Assembly (NCBI GenBank): GCA_963790025.1
Contig: CAWBMP010000004.1
Location: forward strand, 1,472,001 to 1,536,000
Length of the DNA: 64,000 bases
Origin: Nitrospirota bacterium
GTDB taxonomy: Bacteria; Nitrospirota; Thermodesulfovibrionia; Thermodesulfovibrionales; Dissulfurispiraceae
Direction of reading: 5' to 3'
The number at the start of each line of letters is the position of its first letter. The first letter of the stretch is position 1. The position numbers were made by a program, and so were the translations under genes. The notes below the pieces were generated by a model that saw only the letters and a list, made by a program, of their open reading frames with translations, was not told the origin of the DNA and ran no database searches. Below are positions 19,413 to 29,251 of the stretch, piece after piece.

Positions 19413-19710
19413 TACAGATAATTAAATAAGTTACATACCTGAAACTCTCATTATTACCGTGAACAAAATAATCCCTTCGCTATTAAGAAAAAGTTCTGAT
19501 TTGCGAGAGCAGAAAGCGACAGTTTTTATGATAAAAACGGTCGCTGTCCCTATTTGTTCTTTTACCGGCATGACAGCGTAACACCCGCCGCGACTCCAGG
19601 GAATAGGCCTGATGCGTTTTTTATTTTGTTTTTTATTGACATAATATTTTTATGGGTTTAACATAGATCAGTAGTTCATAACTTTTTTGAGCTAAAAGGA
19701 GGTGAAGTCA

Positions 19711-19818
19711 ATGGATGATGGCCCTGGAAACAGTAGTAACATAACATCGGCCGTGCGGATGTCTGCGCGAAGGGGGACCTTCTGTTCATTGCTCGCCTCT
19801 ATGTCAACTCTTCTCTAA
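19711..19818 (+). CDS. Possible 35-aa small ORF
   Basis: Strong RBS AAGGAGGTGA ahead of ATG; no recognisable homology. Confidence 0.3.
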   Translation: MDDGPGNSSNITSAVRMSARRGTFCSLLASMSTLL

Positions 19819-19907
19819 TCCCGTCCGCTTTCTTCTTCACAAGACTTCGCCGGCCAAAACACGTAGCGGTTTTCGCTGTTGCTATTGAATAATGGAGGTG
19901 AAGTGTC

Positions 19908-20228
19908 ATGATCTACATCCACAGTGTACCCGGAAGGGTAAGGATCAAAAATGATGTATTGAAAGGGAATTCCGGAGTCGCTGATGAAATTCGGAAAGCG
20001 CTGAGCACCATCAGGGGCATCGGTACGGTGGATATTAATCTTACTACCGGCAGCATACTTATCTACTATAACCCTAAAGTTACGAATTGTGAGGAAATCA
20101 CGGTGTTCCTGGAGAAAAGCGGAGTCTTTGACCGCTCCAGGGCCATCACTAACGATGAGTATTTCAGGGGTAAGGTCTCTAAAGTGGTGGAGACAGTGTT
20201 CATGTCGGTAGCAGGAGTGCTTGTTTAA
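19908..20228 (+). CDS. HMA2 (heavy-metal-associated domain 2) protein
   Basis: IHSVPGRVRIK and NLTTGSILIYY motifs; RBS GGAGGTGA. Confidence 0.85.
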   Translation: MIYIHSVPGRVRIKNDVLKGNSGVADEIRKALSTIRGIGTVDINLTTGSILIYYNPKVTNCEEITVFLEKSGVFDRSRAITNDEYFRGKVSKVVETVFMSVAGVLV

Positions 20229-20294
20229 AAAGAGCTGTGTAAAGCTTCACTTGGGCCGCGCACAAATAGCTCAGGCAATTATTCGAAGCTATTT

Positions 20295-20651
20295 GTGCGC
20301 AGTTCCTTAAGGCCTAAAGTATTGACAGGTTTAAAGCAAAACATTATTATTTGGTTTGAATATAAGAGGAAAGAGTTGATTTATGACACTATCCTGCGAA
20401 TCGTCTGCCGGAGCAACTCTGAACAGCAAATCAGAACACTCTTCGTTCAGGAGGTCCTCAAAGAATCGTTTTTGCTGCAGTCCATAGAGAGCGAGGACAT
20501 CCAGGGGACCGATACGGTGGAAGTCAAAGCATTCATTCTTGCGAACGGGCAACAGGATGCGATGATGGAAAAAATAGTCGGCATGCTGAGCCTGCACCAG
20601 GCTGTCAGCGCGGCAAGCTGGAAGCATGTTTCACAGGCTATGGAAGAATAA
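20295..20651 (+). pseudogene. C-terminal ACT-like fragment of MgtC/SapB
   Basis: LRIVCRSNSEQQIRTL...LQSIESED...EKIVGMLSL..AVSAASW resembles the MgtC C-domain. TM domain absent; next to mgtA. Confidence 0.6.
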
Positions 20652-20663
20652 CTGACCCGGACC

Positions 20664-21455
20664 TCATGCGGAGGATTTCGGGGCGGCTTTTATCGCCAGG
20701 CAATCATAAACGACACGATCGCCGTGATAGGTTACCACGCCTCGTTTTACAACCCTCCATCCGCCATTATGGAAAATACCGCGGGCAGAGATGTCCTCAA
20801 TAAGGCCTGATGCGGAATCCAGGTATTCCACAAGGCTGATATTTTGAGCAAGCACAACAGTCTTCATGTTTGGACCTGTGACTAACATCAAAGGTTCAAC
20901 TATGAGGTTTGACAGGTCCGGAGCGGGCATCTCGACGCTGGGCCTGGCCTGAAGCTGGATCATCCTGGCCCGCGTATCGGGCGCGACAGTTTCTTTTGTT
21001 GTGCTGATCAGATCCAGCAGGTAGTCACGGACATCATTCAACTCTTTCAGAAGGCGCAACTTTTCTATTTCGGGATAGGTGGTCAGGGCCCTTGCGAGAA
21101 TGGAAACCTCCCTGATGTAATGATTGCGCTGGTTTGACGGTACGAGGTACATTACAACGACCGATACGGGTATTCCGTCCGGTGCCCCGTAGTTTATGCC
21201 CTCAGGACTCCACCCTATGACGCACGAGAGATCTTCCTCAAAAGGTACCCGCACATGTAGGCAGGCCCATCCTTTTCCCAGGGCCGTGTTGGTGGACGTC
21301 TCTTTTGCCATGGCCGGCCCGACCACATCTGTGCCGGTCGGGATCGAGGGAATGGCTTCCAATATATGCGCCAGGAACTCCAGTGCATCATCCTTATTAT
21401 TGTCGGGCAGTTCGATCAATCTCCCTTCTTGCAGGGCATCCAACAGGGTGTCCAT
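20664..21455 (-). CDS. PTS EIIA-domain protein with C-terminal extension
   Basis: KETSTNTALGKGWACLH (phospho-His position kept), GINYGAPDG. Starts immediately after the mgtA stop. Confidence 0.85.
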   Translation of the reverse strand: MDTLLDALQEGRLIELPDNNKDDALEFLAHILEAIPSIPTGTDVVGPAMAKETSTNTALGKGWACLHVRVPFEEDLSCVIGWSPEGINYGAPDGIPVSVVVMYLVPSNQRNHYIREVSILARALTTYPEIEKLRLLKELNDVRDYLLDLISTTKETVAPDTRARMIQLQARPSVEMPAPDLSNLIVEPLMLVTGPNMKTVVLAQNISLVEYLDSASGLIEDISARGIFHNGGWRVVKRGVVTYHGDRVVYDCLAIKAAPKSSA

Positions 21456-21457
21456 AA

Positions 21458-24121
21458 TCAATCACCTCCAAAACGATTAAAGAACCAGGTCTTTATGAAA
21501 TGCGTAAGAACGGAATAGGAAACAAGGAATGAAGCAATCCATGCCCAGTAGATAGGGGGCAACGGTAACATTCCGAGCGGTTTTGCGAATGGTGAATACG
21601 GCAGCCAGGCGCCGATTGCCATGACAGTCAGTGTAGTCAATGTCATATGAACAGACGCGCGACTCCCGAAGAATGGGACCCGTCTGGTCCTGATGATATG
21701 CACGATCAATGTCTGGGTCAGGAGCGACTCCACAAACCATCCGGTCTGAAAAAGCTGTTCAAGCCCAACTTTTTGTTGTGCGGCAGCAGCCTGATTGACA
21801 AAGAAACTGCAATGGAAAAAGAACCACATCAACGCGAAGGTGGCGTAGTCGAAGATAGAACTTACCGGTCCGATGAAGACCATGAAGCGCTTGATATTGT
21901 CGATGTTCCATTTAAGAGGTTTGGCTATAAGTTCCTCATCCACGTTGTCGGTGGGGATGCCGGTCTGGGATAAGTCGTAGAGAAGGTTGTTCAGCAGAAC
22001 CTGGACAGGACGCATGGGCAGGAATGGCAACAAATAGCTTGCACCGACCACGCTGAACATATTGCCGAAATTGGAACTGGCTCCCATGCGGATATATTTG
22101 ACAATATTGGCAAAGACCTTTCGGCCCTCGATGATCCCCTCTTCAAGTACCAACAGGCTTTTCTCCAGCAGTACTATGTCTGATGACTCTTTGGCAACGT
22201 CTACCCCGGAGTCTACGGATATCCCCACGTCGGCGGCCTTGAGGGCCGTTGCATCGTTGATGCCGTCTCCCATAAACCCTACCACGTGCCCTTTGCTCCG
22301 CAAGTCACGTACGATTTGCTCCTTCTGCGCCGGAGTCAGCTTGACAAAGGCATCCGTATCCTGGACCACCTGTGAGAATTCCTCAGGGGAAAGCCGCGAC
22401 AGTTCCACGCCCGAGACTGTCCGGTCCGCAGCAAGCCCCACGTCCCGGCAGACTTTTTGTGTAACCAGTGCGTTGTCGCCGGTCAGAACTTTGAGTTTGA
22501 CGCCGGCATTCTTAAGAAGCTTCAGCGCCTCGGTCGCTGAATCTTTTGGCGGGTCGTAGAAAGTTATATACCCCAGAAGAACAAGTCCTTCTTCATCGCT
22601 GACAGTGAAGGAGGTTTTTTGGCGGGGGAACTCACGGTAAGCGATACCGAGCACACGGAAACCATCTTTATTGAGCCGATCGACCTCTTCGAAAAGGTCT
22701 TGCCGGATCAGATCAATAAGAGGGTAGACCTCATCGTCCATCTGGTACTGGCTGCAGCAGGAGTAGATCTCTTCCACAGCCCCTTTGCAGATCAGAACAT
22801 GGTCACCCTCATAATCCACAACAACAGACATGCGGCGACGCTGAAAATCAAAGGGCAGCTCGTCAACCAGCTTGCAGTTGCCTACATATAGGTCGGAATG
22901 TTCGAGTACCGCGCGGTCAATCAGGTTGCGGAGACCGGTCTGATAATAGCTGTTCAGATAGGCGTAGTTCAGAACGTCTCCGCTCGGTTCGCCGGTTATA
23001 TCCAGGTGTTGTTTCATCACAACTTTGTCCTGGGTAAGGGTACCGGTCTTGTCTGTACACAGTATGTCGATGGCCCCCAGGTTCTGGATTGATGGAAGGC
23101 GTTTTACGATTACCTTTTTTTTGGACATGGTAAGGGCGCCCTTCGCAAGATTCACAGTGACGATCATAGGAAGCATCTCCGGAGTAAGGCCAACCGCCAC
23201 TGACAGACCGAACAGAAAGGCTTCAACCCAGTTCCCCTTGGTCATGCCGACAATAAGGAATACAGCAGAGACCATGACCACCATGAACCGGATCATGAGC
23301 CACGTGAAAGACCGGACCCCTATGTCGAAGCTCGTTTCTTCCGGGCGCGTTGCCAGGCGCTCGGAAATGGACCCGAAGATGGTCCGCGCCCCTGTGTTTA
23401 CAATTACACCGCGGGCTGTTCCGCTGGTTACCGTGCTTCCGAGAAAGCATGCGTTTGCCAGGTCCAATACAGTATGCTCTGGAGATGCGGAGGCATCAGG
23501 CGATTTTTCAACAGCCATAGCTTCACCTGTAAGAGCAGACTGGCTGATGAAGAAATCCTTGGCAGTAATCAGACGAAGGTCCGCGGGAATCATGGAGCCT
23601 GCATAGAGCAGTACAATATCTCCAGGAACTACCTTGGAAACCCTTACCTCGGTTTCCTTCCCGTCACGCAAGACCAGGGTTCGCGACTGCACGCGTTTCC
23701 CAAGGGCCTCGACAGCGAGATTTGATCTTCGATCAAGAATATAAGACAGCCCGACGCTTAGAACAACCATCGCACCGACAATGCACGCCGATACGATATC
23801 GTCCATGATACCGGAGATTATGGCGATCACAAGTAGCTGGACGACCAGCGGGCTTTTGCACCGTCGGAAAATATCACCCCAGAAGCCGACGCGTTTGGCC
23901 CTGGGCATTTCATTAGGACCATACTTTTCAAGGCGATGCTGGGCCTCCTCCGTGGTCAGACCGAGGGATGTAATGCCGAGTTCGGTCAGCACCTCTTGCG
24001 CAGGAAGCAAGCCGATTTTAATCAACAGGCGCTCGTGCTCCGTCATGGTACGGGGCGTCCTTAATTTCTGGGTTTCATCGATAGAGTCTTTTATCTTGGC
24101 GGGCAGGATACCATTTTTCAT
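21458..24121 (-). CDS. mgtA: Magnesium-translocating P-type ATPase
   Basis: TGEA, GLTPEMLPM, DKTGTLT, KGAVEE, GDGIND, KYIRMGASSNFGN, FQTGWFVES. Confidence 0.96.
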   Translation of the reverse strand: MKNGILPAKIKDSIDETQKLRTPRTMTEHERLLIKIGLLPAQEVLTELGITSLGLTTEEAQHRLEKYGPNEMPRAKRVGFWGDIFRRCKSPLVVQLLVIAIISGIMDDIVSACIVGAMVVLSVGLSYILDRRSNLAVEALGKRVQSRTLVLRDGKETEVRVSKVVPGDIVLLYAGSMIPADLRLITAKDFFISQSALTGEAMAVEKSPDASASPEHTVLDLANACFLGSTVTSGTARGVIVNTGARTIFGSISERLATRPEETSFDIGVRSFTWLMIRFMVVMVSAVFLIVGMTKGNWVEAFLFGLSVAVGLTPEMLPMIVTVNLAKGALTMSKKKVIVKRLPSIQNLGAIDILCTDKTGTLTQDKVVMKQHLDITGEPSGDVLNYAYLNSYYQTGLRNLIDRAVLEHSDLYVGNCKLVDELPFDFQRRRMSVVVDYEGDHVLICKGAVEEIYSCCSQYQMDDEVYPLIDLIRQDLFEEVDRLNKDGFRVLGIAYREFPRQKTSFTVSDEEGLVLLGYITFYDPPKDSATEALKLLKNAGVKLKVLTGDNALVTQKVCRDVGLAADRTVSGVELSRLSPEEFSQVVQDTDAFVKLTPAQKEQIVRDLRSKGHVVGFMGDGINDATALKAADVGISVDSGVDVAKESSDIVLLEKSLLVLEEGIIEGRKVFANIVKYIRMGASSNFGNMFSVVGASYLLPFLPMRPVQVLLNNLLYDLSQTGIPTDNVDEELIAKPLKWNIDNIKRFMVFIGPVSSIFDYATFALMWFFFHCSFFVNQAAAAQQKVGLEQLFQTGWFVESLLTQTLIVHIIRTRRVPFFGSRASVHMTLTTLTVMAIGAWLPYSPFAKPLGMLPLPPIYWAWIASFLVSYSVLTHFIKTWFFNRFGGD

Positions 24122-24234
24122 CACGCAGCCTCCCATTCAGGCTGGAAACAATAGAGACCCATGATGTCAAAACTATCGTAAGTATAATTGGAACCTAAGA
24201 TTTGGTTTGAACTGAATTTAAGTGAATATTTCAC
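24121..24234 (-). CDS. Putative 37-aa uORF coupled to mgtA
   Basis: GGAGG RBS, GTG start, MKYSLKFSSNQILGSNYTYDSFDIMGLYCFQPEWEAA; stop overlaps the mgtA ATG (TGATG). Confidence 0.45.
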   Translation of the reverse strand: MKYSLKFSSNQILGSNYTYDSFDIMGLYCFQPEWEAA

Positions 24235-24238
24235 GGGT

Positions 24239-24355
24239 CGCCTCCATAATTAGACCGCGGCTGGAGGCAAACCGGCGGTCTACGCCCTGATAGAGCGCAG
24301 ACCGTTCACTTCGGGTGCCGCCGGACGCAACCGCCAAGGTCCAGGGTCGTCAAAC
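24239..24355 (-). promoter_or_regulatory. Structured GC-rich 5' leader of the mgtA operon (candidate cis-regulatory RNA)
   Basis: Several hairpins, including GCCTCCA/TGGAGGC covering the RBS. TATAAT at 24388-24393 upstream. Confidence 0.55.
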
Positions 24356-24678
24356 TCATATTTTGATGTTTGCTTCAAGTGTCGTTCATTATACCTCCGC
24401 TGTACACCCAAAGTCCACCATGAAGAGGTAATGAATGAAATAATGAACTGGACCGCCAAACAGGAGGAATACCCTCAAAAAGAACGCATGTCAAGATGAT
24501 ATTGATTACCAAAAAGAGAAGCATACGACTTAAATCCCGGAGTGAGCACGGACAAGGGAAAATTCCACAAGTCACGCGCAGTAGAATTGGCGGGGCCGCA
24601 ACGGTTATAATGATTGTGCCTGGCGTGATGTTTGTCGTGATGCTTTTTTTATGAAATAAACTATATGGGAGATTTGAT

Positions 24679-25746
24679 ATGATCAGCACGATAGAATGGA
24701 AAGATAATAAGGTGCTTATGCTTGACCAGAGCAGGCTGCCCCTTGAAGTGAACTATATAGAGTGCACTGACTATCTAAAGGTGGCGGAAGGTATTAAGAA
24801 GCTCTGGATCAGGGGAGCGCCTGCAATCGGTATCGCGGCCGCCATGGGGATAGCGCTCGGCGCACAGGACATACAGGCAGGCACTGTTGAAGATTTTACC
24901 AGGAAGCTGGAACCGGTTATGGACACTTTGCTTGCCACAAGGCCTACTGCTGTGAATATAAAATGGGCGGTCGAGAGGATAAAGCGATTACTCTCCGATA
25001 AGAAAGAGTGGCTGGTAACCGACTTAAAGCAACTGCTCATCGATGAGGCAAAGAGGATACTCTCAGAAGATGTAGAGATCAATAAGGCGATCGGGAGATG
25101 GGGGGCCGCGTTTATCAGGGACGGCGATACTATCCTTACCCATTGCAATGCCGGCAGCCTTGCCACCGGCGGATACGGCACAGCAACGGCCTCCATGATG
25201 ATTGCAAAGGAACAAGGCAAACACATACGGGTGATTGCCGACGAGACACGACCGGTATTGCAGGGTGCGCGGTTGACGGCATGGGAACTGATGCAGGCTG
25301 ACATACCGGTAACCCTTATAACCGATAACACCGCAGGTGCACTTATGAAGAAAGGCATGATTAATCTCACAATTGTCGGCACCGACCGGACGACGAGGAA
25401 CGGGGATGTTGCAAATAAGATCGGTACATATACTGTTGCGGTATTGTGCAGGGAGCACCGTATACCATTCTATGTGGCGGCGCCGTTAAGCAGCATTGAC
25501 TTTACTATGAAGTCGGGGGACCTGATACCTATCGAGGAACGCCACGCTGATGAGGTGACCTACATCCGGGGACAAAAAGTTGCGCCGGAGGGCGTGAATG
25601 TAATAAACTTGGCTTTCGATGTCACGCCGGCCAAATATGTTACTTGCTTTTTTACCGAAAAGGGTGCATTCAGACCTCGCGATATTAAGAAACTGATGAA
25701 AGAGAATGTTGATGTAGAATCCATACGTATGAATCCGGGGTTATGA
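24679..25746 (+). CDS. mtnA: Methylthioribose-1-phosphate isomerase
   Basis: RGAPAIG, RPTAVN, THCNAGSLATGGYGTA, ETRPVLQGARLT, NKIGTY. Confidence 0.96.
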   Translation: MISTIEWKDNKVLMLDQSRLPLEVNYIECTDYLKVAEGIKKLWIRGAPAIGIAAAMGIALGAQDIQAGTVEDFTRKLEPVMDTLLATRPTAVNIKWAVERIKRLLSDKKEWLVTDLKQLLIDEAKRILSEDVEINKAIGRWGAAFIRDGDTILTHCNAGSLATGGYGTATASMMIAKEQGKHIRVIADETRPVLQGARLTAWELMQADIPVTLITDNTAGALMKKGMINLTIVGTDRTTRNGDVANKIGTYTVAVLCREHRIPFYVAAPLSSIDFTMKSGDLIPIEERHADEVTYIRGQKVAPEGVNVINLAFDVTPAKYVTCFFTEKGAFRPRDIKKLMKENVDVESIRMNPGL

Positions 25747-26732
25747 TACATAACACAATAAACGTCCAGGACATATTTTCCAGCTATGCAGAAGAGCTGA
25801 AAGCTGTTGAGGAGCGGCTCCTCGGTATCTTCAGCAGCAACGTCTTCCTGATTCCGATGGTGGGACAGCATATCATCAGCGGCGGAGGGAAGCGGATGCG
25901 GCCGTTATTTCTTCTGCTCAGTGCCGACCTTTGCGGGTATAAGGAGTCTAACCGTGCTATGCTTGGGGCGATTATTGAGGCAATACATACCGCATCTTTG
26001 CTGCATGACGATGTTATAGACGGTGCCGAGACCAGAAGAGGAAAGCCGGCCTCACAAGCGCTCTGGGGAAACCAGGTCGTTATACTGGTTGGAGACTTCC
26101 TGTATTCGAAGGCACTGAAGATCGCAGTGGACCAGAAAAATCAAAAGATTATGGAGGCGCTTTCAGATGCCACGACTAAAATGACCGAGGGTGAAATTCT
26201 ACAGCTTAACAAAGTCGGTGATCCTGAAATAACCAGAGAGGAATATTTCGATATTATAGCGGCTAAAACAGGTGTCCTGATATCAGCGGCATGCAGGATC
26301 GGAGGAATTCTGGCAAACCAGTCTGCAGAAAATGAAATGGCGCTTGCGCGCTTCGGGATGAAGACCGGTATAGCCTTCCAACTTGCCGATGACATCCTGG
26401 ATTATGTTGCTGATGAACAAAATCTCGGCAAAAAGCTCGGCAAGGACCTGGAAGAAGGCAAGATCACCATGCCTCTTATTTATCTTCTTAAGAACGCATC
26501 CGATGCCGAGCGGGACGAAATCAGGGACATTATAAAGGAGATGGCTGAAAGCGAAGAGGGTCTCCGGCGGATAATAGCGCTGTTTGCACAATACCATGCA
26601 ATAGACGAGTCCCTCAAAATAGCTAAGGACCTTATTGAGGAGGCGAAAGCTGAACTTGATGTCTTTCCCGATTCTCTTAGAAAGGAAGCACTCCTGATAA
26701 TGGCCGAATACGCAATGCATCGAAAGGAGTAG
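25743..26732 (+). CDS. ispB: Polyprenyl diphosphate synthase (IspB-like)
   Basis: [22 protein letters not shown]. Confidence 0.88.
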   Translation: MIHNTINVQDIFSSYAEELKAVEERLLGIFSSNVFLIPMVGQHIISGGGKRMRPLFLLLSADLCGYKESNRAMLGAIIEAIHTASLLHDDVIDGAETRRGKPASQALWGNQVVILVGDFLYSKALKIAVDQKNQKIMEALSDATTKMTEGEILQLNKVGDPEITREEYFDIIAAKTGVLISAACRIGGILANQSAENEMALARFGMKTGIAFQLADDILDYVADEQNLGKKLGKDLEEGKITMPLIYLLKNASDAERDEIRDIIKEMAESEEGLRRIIALFAQYHAIDESLKIAKDLIEEAKAELDVFPDSLRKEALLIMAEYAMHRKE

Positions 26733-26734
26733 AC

Positions 26735-27244
26735 ATGCACCCTTATGTCGAACTCGCCAAGAAGGTCATAGAGGACTATATAACCCGCAGAGAAGTGCCG
26801 CCACCTCCCGAAGAAGTTCCTGCCGACATGAAGAAACAAGCCGGAGTTTTTGTCTGCCTTAAGATCGGAGACAATCTCCGCGGGTGTATCGGAACGTTCC
26901 TTCCGACGTATGCGAACCTTTATGAGGAAATCGTAAGGAACGCGCTCGCAGCCGCTACAGAAGACCCCCGGTTTCATCCGCTGCTGGAAACCGAGTTGAA
27001 AGCGCTCCGGTATTCAGTCGACGTTCTGTCTGAGCCCGAAAAAATAAAAGACATTTTGGAACTGGATCCCAAAAAGTATGGAATCATTGTGATAAAAGGT
27101 GCAAAAAAGGGCCTATTGCTTCCCGACCTTGAAGGAGTAGATACAGTTGAAGATCAACTGAGAATAACAAAAATGAAGGCCGGAATAGATCCCCTTGATA
27201 AAAATGTCGAAATATTCAAATTCAGCGTAGAAAGATACAAATAG
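26735..27244 (+). CDS. amrA: AmmeMemoRadiSam system protein A (AMMECR1 domain)
   Basis: [27 protein letters not shown]. Confidence 0.9.
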   Translation: MHPYVELAKKVIEDYITRREVPPPPEEVPADMKKQAGVFVCLKIGDNLRGCIGTFLPTYANLYEEIVRNALAAATEDPRFHPLLETELKALRYSVDVLSEPEKIKDILELDPKKYGIIVIKGAKKGLLLPDLEGVDTVEDQLRITKMKAGIDPLDKNVEIFKFSVERYK

Positions 27245-27248
27245 AGAA

Positions 27249-27340
27249 GTAAGCAGCAGGCAGTAAGAAGCAGGCAGCAATAGCAAACCAGGATTTTTTC
27301 GGACTTTTCTGTTGTTTGCTGCTTACTGCCTACTGCTTAC
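27249..27340. repeat. Inverted heptamer-repeat hairpin between convergent genes (possible bidirectional terminator)
   Basis: gtaagcagcaggcagtaagaagca (27249-72) vs rc of 27317-40, 22/24 identical. Confidence 0.7.
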
Positions 27341-27353
27341 CGGTTCCCGTCTT

Positions 27354-28709
27354 TTAATGCGAATGGTTTTTGTTCGCAAGCCGGTCATGGACGAAACTGA
27401 TGTCAACGCGAAGGCCGTAGAATTGATCGGCAAACGATGCCGGCACCTTCATTTTATTGACTTCCCTGTCGAGATCATGAAGACGGGCTAACAGTTCTTC
27501 ACGCTTCCCGGGTGCCATTTCCACCATCATATCCCGTTCGAGGAGCATCAACTCACGGTACCACCGGTAGAAGCGCAGCATGACTCGCCATCGCAATATT
27601 GCCGGGATAATTCGCAGTCCCGGGACCAAAACCACAACTATCGGCACAAATACCACTATGATACGGTTCGCCAGACTTGCCATCCAGAACGGAAGATAAC
27701 GATAGAGGAAAGTCTTGCCTGTTTTATAATAACGGATTGCATCGGAGCTTATGCTGAATTCATGCTGCAGCGGAACCGGGAATTCGCCCGCACGACGGAG
27801 CAGACCGGCAGTTCCGTGGACTTCACGGGCCGCATCGAGCAATAAATCGGACAGCGCCGGATGCAGCCCGGCACGCGCGATGAGTTCGACCGCGGGACCG
27901 ATCAGATGGATATCATGGTCGGGTATGTCTTTGCCGAAATCTACAGAACCCTCTGGAAGATCCATCTTGTTCAGATAGGTGATGCGGCGTGTATAACCAT
28001 CCGCCTGTGTAAAATCAAAAAGCCGGATTCCCGGTGTGCGAAGGAGCAACCGCATGTTCTGCACTGACGCCGATTCTCCCATCATAAACGCGGCATCAAC
28101 ACTGCCTTTGATCAGGGCTTTAGCCTCGTCGTCACCGTCCAGGCCAACCAGCACGGTCTCGCCATTCTGTTCTAAGCCGTTTTCTGCAAGCAGTGCCAAA
28201 GCCAGAGTCCGGGTACCGCTGCCTACAGTGCCTATAGCGAGCCGTTTGCCTTTCAATTGGGAAAGGAGGACGACATGTTCATTGCTGCGGTAGAAAATCA
28301 GGAGCGGTGAGTAGTACATGCTCCCGAGCGATATCAGCTTATCTATTTTGGTCCCGTTGGTTATCCCACCCTGAACTAACCCGACGTCGACCTGGAATGA
28401 AGGATCTGCAAGCCGCCTGAGATTTTCGAGAGCGCCCTCGGATGGCAGTATCTTCAGCTTTACGCCGTTGCGTGCCAGAATCTTGGCGTATTTCTCGGCA
28501 TTCATTTGGTAGATGCTGCCCTTGGGACCGGTAGTGATGATAATGGTGTTGGGAGGAGCCGAATGAAAGAACCAGAAACCACCGATGAGCGTAACCAAAA
28601 CGATCAAAATAGTGGCACTGAGCGCTGCAGCGCGACCGAGCCCGAAAGTCTCGGTGAATATTGTCTGGACCTTATTGAACCCGATTTTGTGGTATGGCTC
28701 CAACTTCAT
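27354..28709 (-). CDS. TAXI-family TRAP solute-binding protein with TM anchors
   Basis: TTGPKGS, SEGALENL, KRLAIGTVGSGT, YLPFWMA. Start MKLEP at 28709. Confidence 0.88.
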   Translation of the reverse strand: MKLEPYHKIGFNKVQTIFTETFGLGRAAALSATILIVLVTLIGGFWFFHSAPPNTIIITTGPKGSIYQMNAEKYAKILARNGVKLKILPSEGALENLRRLADPSFQVDVGLVQGGITNGTKIDKLISLGSMYYSPLLIFYRSNEHVVLLSQLKGKRLAIGTVGSGTRTLALALLAENGLEQNGETVLVGLDGDDEAKALIKGSVDAAFMMGESASVQNMRLLLRTPGIRLFDFTQADGYTRRITYLNKMDLPEGSVDFGKDIPDHDIHLIGPAVELIARAGLHPALSDLLLDAAREVHGTAGLLRRAGEFPVPLQHEFSISSDAIRYYKTGKTFLYRYLPFWMASLANRIIVVFVPIVVVLVPGLRIIPAILRWRVMLRFYRWYRELMLLERDMMVEMAPGKREELLARLHDLDREVNKMKVPASFADQFYGLRVDISFVHDRLANKNHSH

Positions 28710-28713
28710 TCTT

Positions 28714-29187
28714 TTACCTTCTTTTGAACTCCCCGCTTTTGCCGCCGCGTTTTTCGAGCAGCATGATATCTGATATAACCATTTCCTTGTCCCCTGATTT
28801 GCACATATCGTAAATAGTGAGTGCCGCCGCAGACACAGCAACAAGCGACTCCATTTCTACCCCTGTCTGGCCGGTTATCTTTACCGTGCTCCTGATGTCA
28901 ATCCTCCTCTGGTCTTCGTCAAAAGAAAAATCTACGGTTACCGAAGCTATGTTCAGGGGATGGCACATAGGGATCAATTCAGGGGTTTTTTTGGCTGCCA
29001 TGATGCCTGCAATCCTTGCTACGCCGAGCACATCGCCTTTTTGAATGGAACCCTCTTTTATGAGTTGCATTGTTTCAGGCTTCATATATACAGAACCTGC
29101 AGCGACAGCCTCGCGGGTGGTCGGAGTTTTTCCGGAAACGTCAACCATGCGCGCCTTTCCCTCTTCGTCAAAATGGCTAAATTTCAT
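28714..29187 (-). CDS. moaC: Cyclic pyranopterin monophosphate synthase
   Basis: ARMVDV, LIPMCHP, TGVEMES, YDMCK, KRGGKSG. Confidence 0.97.
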   Translation of the reverse strand: MKFSHFDEEGKARMVDVSGKTPTTREAVAAGSVYMKPETMQLIKEGSIQKGDVLGVARIAGIMAAKKTPELIPMCHPLNIASVTVDFSFDEDQRRIDIRSTVKITGQTGVEMESLVAVSAAALTIYDMCKSGDKEMVISDIMLLEKRGGKSGEFKRR

Positions 29188-29251
29188 AACGCACCTCAAA
29201 TTAAGGCTAACGGCTAAGGGGTTAATAGGGCCTTTCGCCTGCTATTGTATG

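Larger units (their letters stand above)
14042..19420. mobile_element. Non-autonomous Tn7-like element downstream of tRNA-Leu
   Basis: Ends TATGCGTACACAATTAAGT and (rc) TATCTGTAGACAATAAAGT align in register with Tn7 TGTGGGCGGACAATAAAGT. Three packed plus four spaced TnsB-type sites. Flanks ATTCA/ATTAA. Confidence 0.75.

Noticed and set aside
24239..24400. M-box (ykoK) riboswitch or MgtL leader
   Set aside because: I see no M-box core such as GTTAGGTGAGGC, and the uORF is not Pro-rich. Needs cmscan to be final.
24375..24689. 104-aa minus-strand ORF
   Set aside because: Spans the divergent promoter region of mgtA and mtnA and has no motif support.
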